A stretch of 45,929 nt of DNA from Elsinoe ampelina (Eukaryota), in assembly GCA_010093995.1 (NCBI GenBank), contig ML992504.1, positions 1,554,360 to 1,600,288 on the forward strand, in the 5' to 3' direction. The position numbers were made by a program, and so were the translations under genes. This document shows, piece after piece, positions 11,324 through 21,566 of this stretch (positions are counted from its first letter, which is position 1; each line of letters begins with the position of its first letter). The notes below the pieces were generated by a model. That model worked only from the letters and a program-made list of their open reading frames with translations. It was not told where the DNA came from and ran no database searches.

Positions 11324-12773
11324 TCAGACAATCTCATACGTAATCTCATCCAACGCCTCCTCCATGTCACCCATCGACCTCGCCCTCCTCAACGGACCCT
11401 TGACAGCAGTCTTCTCCTTGCTCAACCCCTTCAAGAACTTCTCCCTGTTCTCGCCCGTCAAGTTCAAGTGCTCAGCGACCATGGTAGCCGGGGTCTGCGC
11501 CAGCCACTGCTCGGTGCTAAAGTCCTCGAACTTGGGGGCGCGGAACATCTCCAGCATCTCGACCGGCTCGTCGCCGATGTTCTCGACGTAATGAGCGTGG
11601 TTCTTGAGGACGATACCGACGTCGCCGGCGACGTAGTTGAATGTGCGTGCGGCACCGGCGGCGGCGAAGATGGTGACGCGGGCGTGGCCGCGGAGGAAGA
11701 AGGACCATTCGTCGGCGTTTGGGTGCCAGTGGAGCTCTCGAAGACCGCCGGGGACGATGGTGACGTGGGCTGCGGCGGTGGTCTTGGAGACGGGGAAGTT
11801 TGTGCTGTCTGTGATGCGGACCTCGCCACCAGGAAACTTGATGGGCTTTTGCTGGAGCATGCGGTGGGTGAACCGGGTCTTGGATTGGATGACTTGCTTG
11901 CGGTCGGCTTCGAGGGAGCCGGGCATGGTGCCTTGGAAGATGTACTTTTCTTCTTGGGAGAGGGTGTCGAAGACGCGTTGGTCGATGCGGAAGTTCTTGC
12001 CTAGGACTGACTTGGGAGTTCGGGCTAGGTAGTCGGTGAGGAGGAACGTGCTGTCTTCGGAGAAGCCACCGTCGTCGAAGATGAGGAGGAACTCGGTGCC
12101 TTCGTCGCCAAGACCTGTGATGTGTTAGAGAATAGAAGTAGGGTAGAGGTTGAGAAACATGCCTTGGATGCTGTGAGGGTAGCCGGTGGGGAAGTACCAC
12201 AGGTCACCCTCGTTTAGGTCATCGATGTAGCAGCCACCCTCGACGTCAAGTACTGTAATACGGCAAGATCCAGCAATAATGTATGCCCATTCGCTCTCGT
12301 TGTGCCAGTGGAGCTCACGGTAGACGCCAGGGCCGAGACGCATGTTGACACCGGCGATCTCCTTTGAGCTTGGCAGCTCACGGACGGTCGTCTCTCGTGC
12401 CCAACCACCTTCCTCCAAACGCATGTGCGAGTCGGTAAAGGACCTTTGAAGTGTAAGTCTTGGCATGATGTGGCTCGATATTTCTGGAGACCCACCACTT
12501 CATGTTTGGCATCTTGCCCTTGTCCGTGTTTGGTGGGCGAACGATGTCAGGGTTCTGGCGAGCACGGTCTGGGTTTTGGGGACCCAAGATATCGCTTCCC
12601 TTGCCACCACGCCTGGGTTGAGGACTGTGACTAGCATCAGAATTGTCCGGATACAGCTTTGATGGCAAGACTACTCACACATCGCTCTTGAGAGGAGCCA
12701 GACCAGCTTTGGCATAGGCATCGAGACTCCTCTTGCGGCGCTCCTCGAGCACACTTGGACCTACGTTTGTCAT
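11324..12773 (-). CDS. oxdC: Oxalate decarboxylase (Mn bicupin), no signal peptide; introns 12625..12678, 12444..12495, 12115..12162 (GC-AG)
   Basis: Spliced product includes VPQPRRGGKG..RQNPD..MKWSFTDSHMRLEEGGWARETTVRELP..MRLGPGVYRELHWHNESEW..DLWYFPTGYPHSIQG..FLLIFDDGGFSEDSTF and a second cupin RELHWHPNADEW..HYVEN. The lid motif SEDST keeps the Glu associated with decarboxylase rather than oxidase activity. Confidence 0.93.
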
Positions 12774-12862
12774 GATGGAAATGTGTCTGGTGTGTTTGAT
12801 GTGGAAAAAGGAATGCAAGATATCAGGAAACTGAGAAGCTACATCAAATCCGAAGCTGGACA

Positions 12863-13135
12863 GCCAAGGGACCAGGGTGGCTAATATCTATCGGGGATCT
12901 CATCTCGATGTCGAGCTGTAGTGCTTTCACGTCATCACTTTGTGGAGCTCCGGCACATTTCCCCGCTTTAGATTTGAGGGAACTTGTGTTTTTTGGCGCA
13001 AACACGTCCCGCCTCGCCAAATCAATCACATTGCCAAGAAACAGGCTGCTCCCTCAAGAGGCTTAGTCGCGACAAGGCTAGTCAAGACGAGACAAGACTG
13101 TCGACACATCACCGACCTTTAAAGAGACCGCCAAG
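12863..13135 (+). promoter_or_regulatory. Three GCCAAG (PacC/Rim101 consensus GCCARG) sites in the oxdC/DUF1275 divergent promoter
   Basis: GCCAAG at 12863, 13033 and 13130, all in the same orientation within a 580-bp intergenic region. Confidence 0.4.
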
Positions 13136-13353
13136 GCATCGGGTCCATTTGCTTGCGCAGCCGGCATATCAGGGCAAGATAATAATCAAAGCTTGTCTGG
13201 CTTGTCTCGCCGAGAGAAGACCGGCAAAAGGACGTGCCTTCCTTTCCCCGCCCTCAATCTGAAGTAGCCACCATCACCTCGCGCCTCTACAGTACTTGTC
13301 CAGGGAACTTATCTTCCGAGTCGTCTCGCTCATTGACCTCTCAACCACCAATC

Positions 13354-14187
13354 ATGGCCGACGTCGAGGACCCTACCGCCAACAAGGACAAACCATCCAT
13401 CCGAGAATATTTCGACGAGACTGTGACAGAGGCCTGGACTGATATCCTTCTGATTCTCAGCTGCTTCACTACTGGTCTACTCGATGGCGCAGTATTCAAC
13501 GTCTGGAGCTGCTTCGTCAGCATGCAGACTGGTAAGTGGCTGATCTGCATCATCCCATGTCAATCCGTTTGACCTTGCACAGGAAACACTGTCTATGTCG
13601 GCCTAGGCTTTTCTGGACAGCCCAAAGACCAGCCATGGAGATGGCTAAAGTCAGGGACTGCCATTTTCAGCTTCGTCCTCGGTTCCTACCTCTACAGTAG
13701 AGCAATGAGGTACTTGGGACCTCTCAAGCGCACCACCATCATACTGGCATTCATGGTCGGAGCACTCCTCTGCTTCGTCAGCGCCATTCTTGTACAAGTC
13801 GGCATTGTACCACCAAATGCTGGTCGTACCATCCCCGAGAACAACATCGTACTAGTCCCTCTCTGTCTGCTCTCCATATCCGCAGCTGGACAGATCATTG
13901 TGTCTCGCTTCCTCGGCTACAGTGAATTAACCACCGTGGTGCTCACCAGTGCCTACTGTGATCTAGCATACGACGAAAAACTCTTCACTGCACCTCTCAC
14001 CAAGAACTCGAAACGTAACAGGCGGGCAGCATCAATGATCATGACTTGCGTCGGCGCCATCGCTGGCGGTTTCTTGACGTACGGAGGCGACATTGCACCT
14101 GCCATCTGGCTTGCAGGTGGACTCAAAGTGCTCATCGGACTTGCTCTCATCTTCTGGAAGTCAAAGGCGCCTATTCAACTCGAGTAG
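13354..14187 (+). CDS. DUF1275 (YoaK-like) multi-pass membrane protein; intron 13532..13582
   Basis: Splicing GTAAGT...CAG gives FTTGLLDGAVFNVWSCFVSMQTGNTVYVG (DUF1275 F..MxTGN signature); the second half has GQIIVSR..LTTVVLTSAYCDL..RNRR..GAIAGG; about 6 hydrophobic segments. Confidence 0.85.
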
Positions 14188-14580
14188 AGCAATCCAGTCC
14201 ATCTACCGGAGCAGATACGGTACCCACTGACAAGATCGATCGGCTCCTCCGGCATATACCTCCCCCAACACACTCCAAATTGGCGTCCATTTCGCGCGAC
14301 TAAGTAGACTGCGCCTTGGATACTCAAAAGCTTTGAGTCTTTGGCCATTGTACATACAGCATACTACAATATCACTATTCCTGTCTGCCCCTCCTTGGTA
14401 CCGATATCGGCTGCACCTTGAGCTCCCACGAGTCAGGCCGCCGGATTCCTGACCCTTGTTGAATTGACATCACCGCTTTGCGCATGTTGACAGAAGTGGT
14501 TGCAAGACTGAAGACAAGTATAAACTCTCTTCTCTTTGCTTCTTCCTGCTGTTGCAATTCCCCATCGCAGGCATCCCACC

Positions 14581-14720
14581 ATGTCACAAAATCTCAAGCT
14601 CTACACGGCCGGCACGCCCAATGGCCAAAAGATTCACATCGCACTCGAGGAACTCGGCCTCCCTTAACTTACGAAGTCCACAAAATCGACATTTCCAAAA
14701 ACGAGCAAAAAGAGCCTTGG
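14581..14720 (+). pseudogene. Glutathione S-transferase (Ure2/YfcG-like) N-terminal remnant
   Basis: Reads MSQNLKLYTAGTPNGQKIHIALEELGLP-[TAACT]-YEVHKIDISKNEQKEPW. A 5-bp insertion creates a stop and frameshift, and the expected INPNGRIP motif and C-terminal domain do not follow. Confidence 0.85.
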
Positions 14721-15114
14721 TCAAGGACCAAACTAATTCGTCAACAGTCGTGGAGAAGCTTGAGCTTACCCCCACCGGCGCCATGGAAGGGAGATAAGCT
14801 TTCAACTACCGGAGATGGTTCGACAATAAACAGCTGACAACATCCGGTACATCAGGGGCGGATGGCATGCCCATTGGACCACTACCAGTGGTGAAGCAAT
14901 AATGGCGATGAGCAGCGCACTTCATGCGTGGAAGAGTGAGGTGGCCAGCAGACGATCGGATCGGAGCGACATGGTATCGGCAAACAATATCCGAGATCCA
15001 TGCGTCTACTAAGAGGACAACCAGTTCTAGTGCAGGAACAAACGATTCATTCGAGGACTACATCCGTCTCCCTTCCTCCCAAACCACTCTAACACCTCAA
15101 CCCAACCTCGCCAT

Positions 15115-16698
15115 CTAATGATCCTCCTTGATATCAATCTCCGTCTTATGGAACTTCCTCGCCGACACCTTCCTCTCAAACAAAATATCAATCTCCCTAA
15201 ACGACCGTCCCCTCATCTCGGGCAACTGGAAGAACGCCGTGATCAAACACAACAACCCCGTCGCCCCCCACACATACCCACACTTGCCACCCAAATTCGC
15301 CCCGAGCGGATTCAACATCCACGACGCGAGGAAAATACACGGCAACTCGATGATGTAGTACGCCGCGCGCCCCATCCCCGTCGTGAGAGGCCGGAGTCGC
15401 ACGGCTGATGTCTCCCCGATGACGACCCAGGACGCCGGGGCGGGACCGAGACAGAAGAGGACCGAGACGATGAGGCCGAGGGACGCCTGCGCGAGGGAGG
15501 CAGAGTTGGAGGCGCCGACGGAGCCGGCCACGCCGAGAGCGATGAGGAGGATGGTGTTGGCTGCGGAGCCCCAGAGGTAGATTGGGCGCCGACCGAAGTA
15601 GGATGTCAGTACCCAGGAGCCCATGACGAAGATCATCTGCAGGGCTGAAGTGATCAAGCCGAGAGCGAAAGCGAGGTTGTCGTCGATGCCGGCTTGTTGG
15701 AAGAAGTAGACGGCTTGGTTGGCGATGAGGTTACCCGTGAGGTTCTGGGCGAGGTAGACACCGCAGACGATGAGGGTGCGGCGGAGGTCGGTGCCCTTGA
15801 AGAGTTCGGGGATGCTGGGCTTGTTGGCGGTCGATTCGTGGTCGACGATACGCTTGACCATTGCGAAGGAGTCTTGCGCGTTGACCATGCTCTTGCGGCC
15901 CAGACGCCCGATGGCTTTGAGAGCGTCGTCGAAGCGGCCTTTGCGGGTCAGCCAGTAGGGGGATTCGGGGGCGAAGAAGATGAGGATGGCGAGGGGCGTG
16001 GGGAACATCCATTGCAGGGCGATGGGGACGCGGTAGGCTGAGGGTCCGGTGATGCTGTTGTAGTGGTAGGTGATGGCGCCGACGATGATGCTGCCGATGG
16101 CCCAGAACATTTGAAGCATTTGGGTACAGGGAGCGCGGAGCTTGATAGGAACGATCTCGCTGCAGTAGGCTGGGGCGTTGGCGATGAAAATACCCCAAGG
16201 GATACCCTCGAGGAGCTGAGCGGCGAACATCACTGGGAGCGAGTTGGCGAAATAGAAGATGAAGATGAAGGCGTTGAGCAGCATCAGGCCCGTGATCGTG
16301 GCCCATCGGTAGCCCAGCCAGGTGGTTAGAGGTCCTGCCACGAAGACACCGATGAGAGCACCGAGTTGTCCGGCAACTTGGAGAGATGACTGCCACTTTG
16401 TGACAATGACATTCTTTCCAGTTGCTGGATCCAAGACACCGTATTCGTCCTTGAAGGCACCCAGAGCCAAGAAGTTACCGATGAGGAAGACGTCGTAGGA
16501 CTCCATGATGATGGTGCAGGACATGACAAAGGCCCAGAAAGATGCCATCGGGTACATCTTGACAGCCTCGAGGACAGTCATGTTGTGCTCAAAGGCTTCG
16601 CCATCGATAGCCCCAGCGTTGATGTCCGGCTTCTCCGGGTGGTGGTGGTCTTCATAGACGACAGACTCTTGAGCCTTGACATCGTCGAGGTTGGACAT
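15115..16698 (-). CDS. MFS sugar porter, maltose/alpha-glucoside permease-like (527 aa, intronless)
   Basis: IIMESYD, WQSSL, EGIPWGIF..APAYCSEIVPIKLR, PIALQWMFP..APESPYWL, DLRRTLI, FGRRPIYL, GETSAVRLR, LPEMRGRSFREIDILFERKVSARKF; about 12 TM segments. Confidence 0.9.
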   Translation of the reverse strand: MSNLDDVKAQESVVYEDHHHPEKPDINAGAIDGEAFEHNMTVLEAVKMYPMASFWAFVMSCTIIMESYDVFLIGNFLALGAFKDEYGVLDPATGKNVIVTKWQSSLQVAGQLGALIGVFVAGPLTTWLGYRWATITGLMLLNAFIFIFYFANSLPVMFAAQLLEGIPWGIFIANAPAYCSEIVPIKLRAPCTQMLQMFWAIGSIIVGAITYHYNSITGPSAYRVPIALQWMFPTPLAILIFFAPESPYWLTRKGRFDDALKAIGRLGRKSMVNAQDSFAMVKRIVDHESTANKPSIPELFKGTDLRRTLIVCGVYLAQNLTGNLIANQAVYFFQQAGIDDNLAFALGLITSALQMIFVMGSWVLTSYFGRRPIYLWGSAANTILLIALGVAGSVGASNSASLAQASLGLIVSVLFCLGPAPASWVVIGETSAVRLRPLTTGMGRAAYYIIELPCIFLASWMLNPLGANLGGKCGYVWGATGLLCLITAFFQLPEMRGRSFREIDILFERKVSARKFHKTEIDIKEDH

Positions 16699-18299
16699 GT
16701 TGGCGGTGATGGCCTGAAGGGAAGAGAGAGATGTATCGAATCAATCAGAGTGAAATGAGACCCTCAGACTCGACTGAACAAGAAGAATAAATCATGGGAA
16801 TTGATCAGTCTTTATGTGACACGAGATGGTCGTGGAAGCCCCACGTATCCCCACCGGAGGCCCGGATATGTCGGGGTTGCGAGCTGGAGAATATGGTTGC
16901 GGGCCAGGCGAGACAGGTCTGGTTATGCTCGGATATGTTTGTGACAGGATCTCGGAGACCATTGCATCATCGGCAGGAAGTGATACTCAATACCCGGCAT
17001 AATTACGGCTCCGTTTTTGGACCTTGACTGGTCGTGTGCCACCAGCTAGCGACGTGCAGTCCACAGTAGAGCAGAGATGTGTCGCCTGGACGAAAGCGGC
17101 TGAAATTGCGGCGGCATGCAGACGAGGGCAACCTAAGATCCGTCAGTGCTGACAAGCTTTGCAGCGTCTGAAGCTTAAACCTACCAGAAGCTTCGTCAAT
17201 GCTTGTCTCACTCGATCGAGACGTGGAGACCAATTCTGGGGACTCCGGAGGGGATTTGTGCGCACCGCAAGAGCCTCCAGAGTATCAGCTGCCCCGTTCA
17301 GCCTCCGCACCGTGTCCACTTTGCAAGCTGGAGAGGCATTTCCGCCTTGCTCACAGTAAGTTAACTTATCTGCTTGGTCGTCTCCGGAATCCAAGGGTGG
17401 GTAAATCAGCCGTATCTTGGTCCCCATGAAAGGTGCAGGATCCGGATGAGCAGGTGTATTCTGTCCCGTCCAGCATAGTGTGTCACCAGCCAACAGCTCA
17501 AACGGTCATGGGTCGAGGGTCTTCAGCTCATGTGGCAAGATCTGCAGTGTCCTACGGCCCGGATCTGGGGAACAAAGCACGTGTGAGGAGGGCGAGCTTG
17601 CACTCGAATTGACATGGAAACTCTTGTGAGGTCTTGCGCGTAAGAGTAAGTTAATGGACGGCCTCGAGCGTTGTCACCAGCTTGGGAGTGCCTTACCTGC
17701 GATTTGTCCGCTCTCGTAGTGTGGATGAGTCTGCTATTTCGGTGTTGATTGCACCAATATGTCAGAGCAAGCATTGAATGAGGTGTTGAGGTGTGAGGTC
17801 ATGTCCTGAGCCTCGCCAAGTCAGTAGTTGCCGACTTGGCGATGGTCCCTGGCGGCCTTGAGGTCAGAGCCGCGTGAATATGCGGCTTCGGAAACCCGGT
17901 ATCCCCACGTTCACACGATGCTTTCTCTCGAAGTGAAACTCTGGTCGACCTCGATCTTTGCGAAACACACCCAATTATATTATAAGTCGAACGCATGTGT
18001 TCTAGATCCTATTCGCGAGCAAGACATCGGTCAGCCACGTAACTTACTCAGCACGTTCGAGATCAGCACAGCACGATCGATATGAAGTTAGACGATAAGT
18101 TAACTAACTAAGTTGTAGTAACAACTTAAGCTCGGTCGCGTCATCTGTCCACATGAGATCGTGCGTAGATTGCTCTGGCCATCATCCCATAAGTTACGTC
18201 TGAGATGAACGTCGACATCGCTGCCTTCAGCCTTCCTCATGGGATGACAGACCTCATGGCCTCGAACACTGTTGAGCCTCTCTCTAGCTTGCTACGACG

Positions 18300-18374
18300 C
18301 CACTACACCCACAGCCACTTCACCCACAGCCACTACACCCACAGCCACTACACCCACAGCCACTACACCCACAG
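18300..18374. repeat. Minisatellite, 5 x 15 bp (CCACTACACCCACAG)
   Basis: Five tandem copies read directly; copy 2 has one A>T change. Confidence 0.92.
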
Positions 18375-18437
18375 AGACGTCTTCTGCTGTTGCTGTGATG
18401 GATGCTCGTCACATGCCGCGAAGCTCACACATTGAGC

Positions 18438-18555
18438 CTGAACCTCGCAGACTGAATTGAAAGAACCTCGCAGAATGAATTGACTGAACCTCGCACACTG
18501 AATTGACTGAACCTCGCACACTGAACCTCGCACACTGGGTCTCGCGCACTGAACC
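18438..18555. repeat. Minisatellite: 3 x 23 bp (CTGAACCTCGCASACTGAATTGA) followed by ~3 x 14-bp sub-unit (CTGAACCTCGCACA)
   Basis: Tandem copies read directly, with degeneration toward the right end. Confidence 0.85.
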
Positions 18556-21500
18556 ACAAGCGCTAAGCTCAGCTGGTCAAGAGTGTTTAAGTTAGTGTTC
18601 ACCTCGATTCGCAAGTTCACGCAGACCGCAGCTTGATGAGCGTTCCCGGATGACAGGGCGCCTGTTGGCAATACGGTGTAAGTTAGCCTGTGTGTGGCAA
18701 TTGTTTGCTGATAATGCCGGTGGACAGCGGGCTCCGCGGCTCGATCTTGTTGATCTGACATGAAACACCTGACTGTCTGTGACTTGTTGCGGGAGGGAGG
18801 GTGGCAAACGAAAGCACACCAATAACAGCGAGGTCGAGACAGACGATAGCAGCCTGTGCAGCGCTTGATCACTGCGTCGTTGCGTGGAGCAATAAACAGA
18901 GCAGCACGTCAGCACAGCAGTCACCGGCTGCTTCCCGTCCACTCGCACTCCAAGTCCGACAGGCGTCATCTCACAAGCATCTTTGGGCCTTATTGTGGTC
19001 TCGCTAGACCTCATTGAAGCTGATTGAATGTCATCAGACGAGCGCTGGTCCTGAAAAGTTAAAGTGAAAGGTAGAGACCTACCAGCAAGAGTCGACGGTG
19101 AAAGCCTCGTCTTGATCCATGGAGGAGGAGATAGTGGAGGCCCTTCAAGGTCATTCGGGCGCAGGCAAACCACTGAAATTGCACATCAAAACCATGCTCT
19201 GTGCGTGATCAGCTGCGATTGTTGAACATCTTCATCGGCCGCAAGCTGAATTACCTAATGAACAAGGTCATGCATGATCATATCGTCGCTTGTTCTGGCA
19301 CTGAATAACAAACCTTGCTCTTGAACTCGACGCTAGACCGCGTGACGCCAAAAGTCCGAAACCGTCCAAAAGACCACTCCGAGCGAATCCTAACTTACCA
19401 GCGTCCATGTCGAGGCTTGTCTCCAGCTGACTTAAGTTACGCATGCCAAAAGTCAAAGGTTCTGACCGTGGCGCCCGAGAGGGATGGGGATTTTGCCTCT
19501 AGAGCCATTCCTGTATTCTTCAGAGATCCTGATTCATGACAGGTGGTCTTGCAACTTAGGAGCCTCTCACAGCAGCTATTTTGAAGAAAGCATGAGAATG
19601 CGTCGAAGCAAAAACTGTCCATGATCTCACACACATCGGTCTCCCGCTCTCAACACAAGATGATCGTGCTAGACCGAGGTGAGGCCGTGAATAGACTCCG
19701 ACATGACCATTATTCAGCTGAGTGGTAATGTCAAAGTCATCATGATCTCATTGACGGTGCTGTAATCCTGCCTGTCGACTCTCTTGATCCTGTCAGCTGT
19801 GTCAGACTCGTCACTCTTGTCAACCTTGTCAGTCTCGACAGCCACCCTTCTGCTTTTTCAGGCTTGCTGTAAGACAAGCGGCTATCCTCGCTAGAGCTGC
19901 CGAAATGGGACATTTCCCTCGGGATTGGTCAGTCCTTGCGTCTTTGCATGTCTGGAACACCGTTGATCTCGTTACGAGGGCAACTGTTCTGCGTGTGACT
20001 CTGCTTTTGTGCGAGACGCGCTGCATCACGTTGCGTCGTGCTTGCTCATTAACCTCAGGTCCTGCGAGCTGATTGACATGCCTTTTTCTTTGACTGTCGC
20101 TCTTGAGCAGACTGGTCCGACCATGTGCCCAAGATGTCACCAGGTCCACGAATGCTCTTGTGTCATTCTTGAGTGTTGACTTCAGCATGCATCGATCAAG
20201 GGCTGACGCTCGGTGAATCGACTCATGCTGGCAGCGATCTACCACGCGGTGTAATGACTTAGTGATTCAAAATGGACACATCACCGGCTGTCTTTGAACG
20301 CAAGTGCTTTCCGTCTGACGATTTTGTGAGAGGACGGCTCTGACAGTGAGTCCACGAGACTGTTTCACTGTCTAACTTACGGAGTCATTCTCCCAGTTGA
20401 TGAGGTCGTCTCGCCAGTCATGATTCTTTTTGCCCCACGCTAGTGTGCAGTGCAATGGCCAATATGGTAACTTAAGTTATTATGTTGTCTTCGTCTGATC
20501 TGAGCGAGACGCTGTTCGTCAATTCCATCCGTTGCTCGAATGAGCACTGAGTGACAAGAGGCGCATCAATTCAGCATAAAGACAGAGAGCGTGCGACAGC
20601 GAAAGGTTGTGACGGTCGTGTTTGAACGAAACACACTAGTTAGAAGCTCTTCAGCTCTTTCGTGCTTTTTCCCAGAGGCCTTGTCGTCGGGGTTCACAAG
20701 TTATCAAACCGGCAAGTCAGCACTTGCGCCACGGTCCGATATGAACTGGCTGAGATCATTGTCAATTGAGTGCTGCGGCAATAGCTAGAAGGATGTTCCC
20801 CTCTTCAGGCGGGCCACTTTTGATCCATGCCTGGATCCAGCTGTGTGGTCAACTGGTCATGGAGCGCGGGGATAGAGTGATCCATTGAGGGCTAATAGAC
20901 TGCAAGCGAGGTCGCTCATGATGTGCAAGAGCGACAGAAAGGCCATGGTGGTAGTTCCATGACGTCTTGCTTGTCGGCTCCATCCCAGCATTGGATCAGC
21001 CAAGCTGCTCATGGTTTCTTGACTTTGACCTGGTCATTGATGGCTGATGGGAGTGGTCAAGTAACTTAGTTAACTTGAGCGATGAGGCATCGGGTGCTGA
21101 CATGAGGTTGCCACTGCCGAACTTGACGCCGCACACGAGAGCAGTGCTTGCCGCAAGGACCCTGAGGGATAAGTCATAGGAGAATGCGCCGATGCGGTCG
21201 TGTGAGGCCGTGACGATTGCGACTCGGCAGGGAGCGTTGAGGAGAGGCAGAACATGTGACGACGAGGCGATGCGGCAACGCGAGCGATGTGAGGGACCAG
21301 GTAGAGCAGCAAGTGATGCGAAGGGCAAGAGGGACAATGTCAGACAACGAGGTCGTGAAGAGATTCACAGCGAACATGAACGGCAAGCGCGTGTGGTGCC
21401 TTCAGGACTGCCCCCAGGATGAGCAGTGACATATTACGGATGCTCTGGAGGGAGGAGCATACAAGCACTCATCCCGTCCAACATGGGCCTACTTCGACCA

Positions 21501-21566
21501 ACTTGAGACATCACAAGAGGAATACATTCCCTAGGTAAGTTATCCAACCACAGGTCATCCAAGCTC

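Noticed and set aside
18438..18555. Repeat array superficially CRISPR-like
   Set aside because: Units are directly adjacent with no unique spacers, there are no cas genes, and the context is eukaryotic.
16794..21430. Many 60-190 aa ORFs in the interval between the sugar transporter and the G/Q-rich gene
   Set aside because: No recognisable domains, no consistent splice-joined model and no codon bias. It may hide a decayed gene or element, but I cannot support one.
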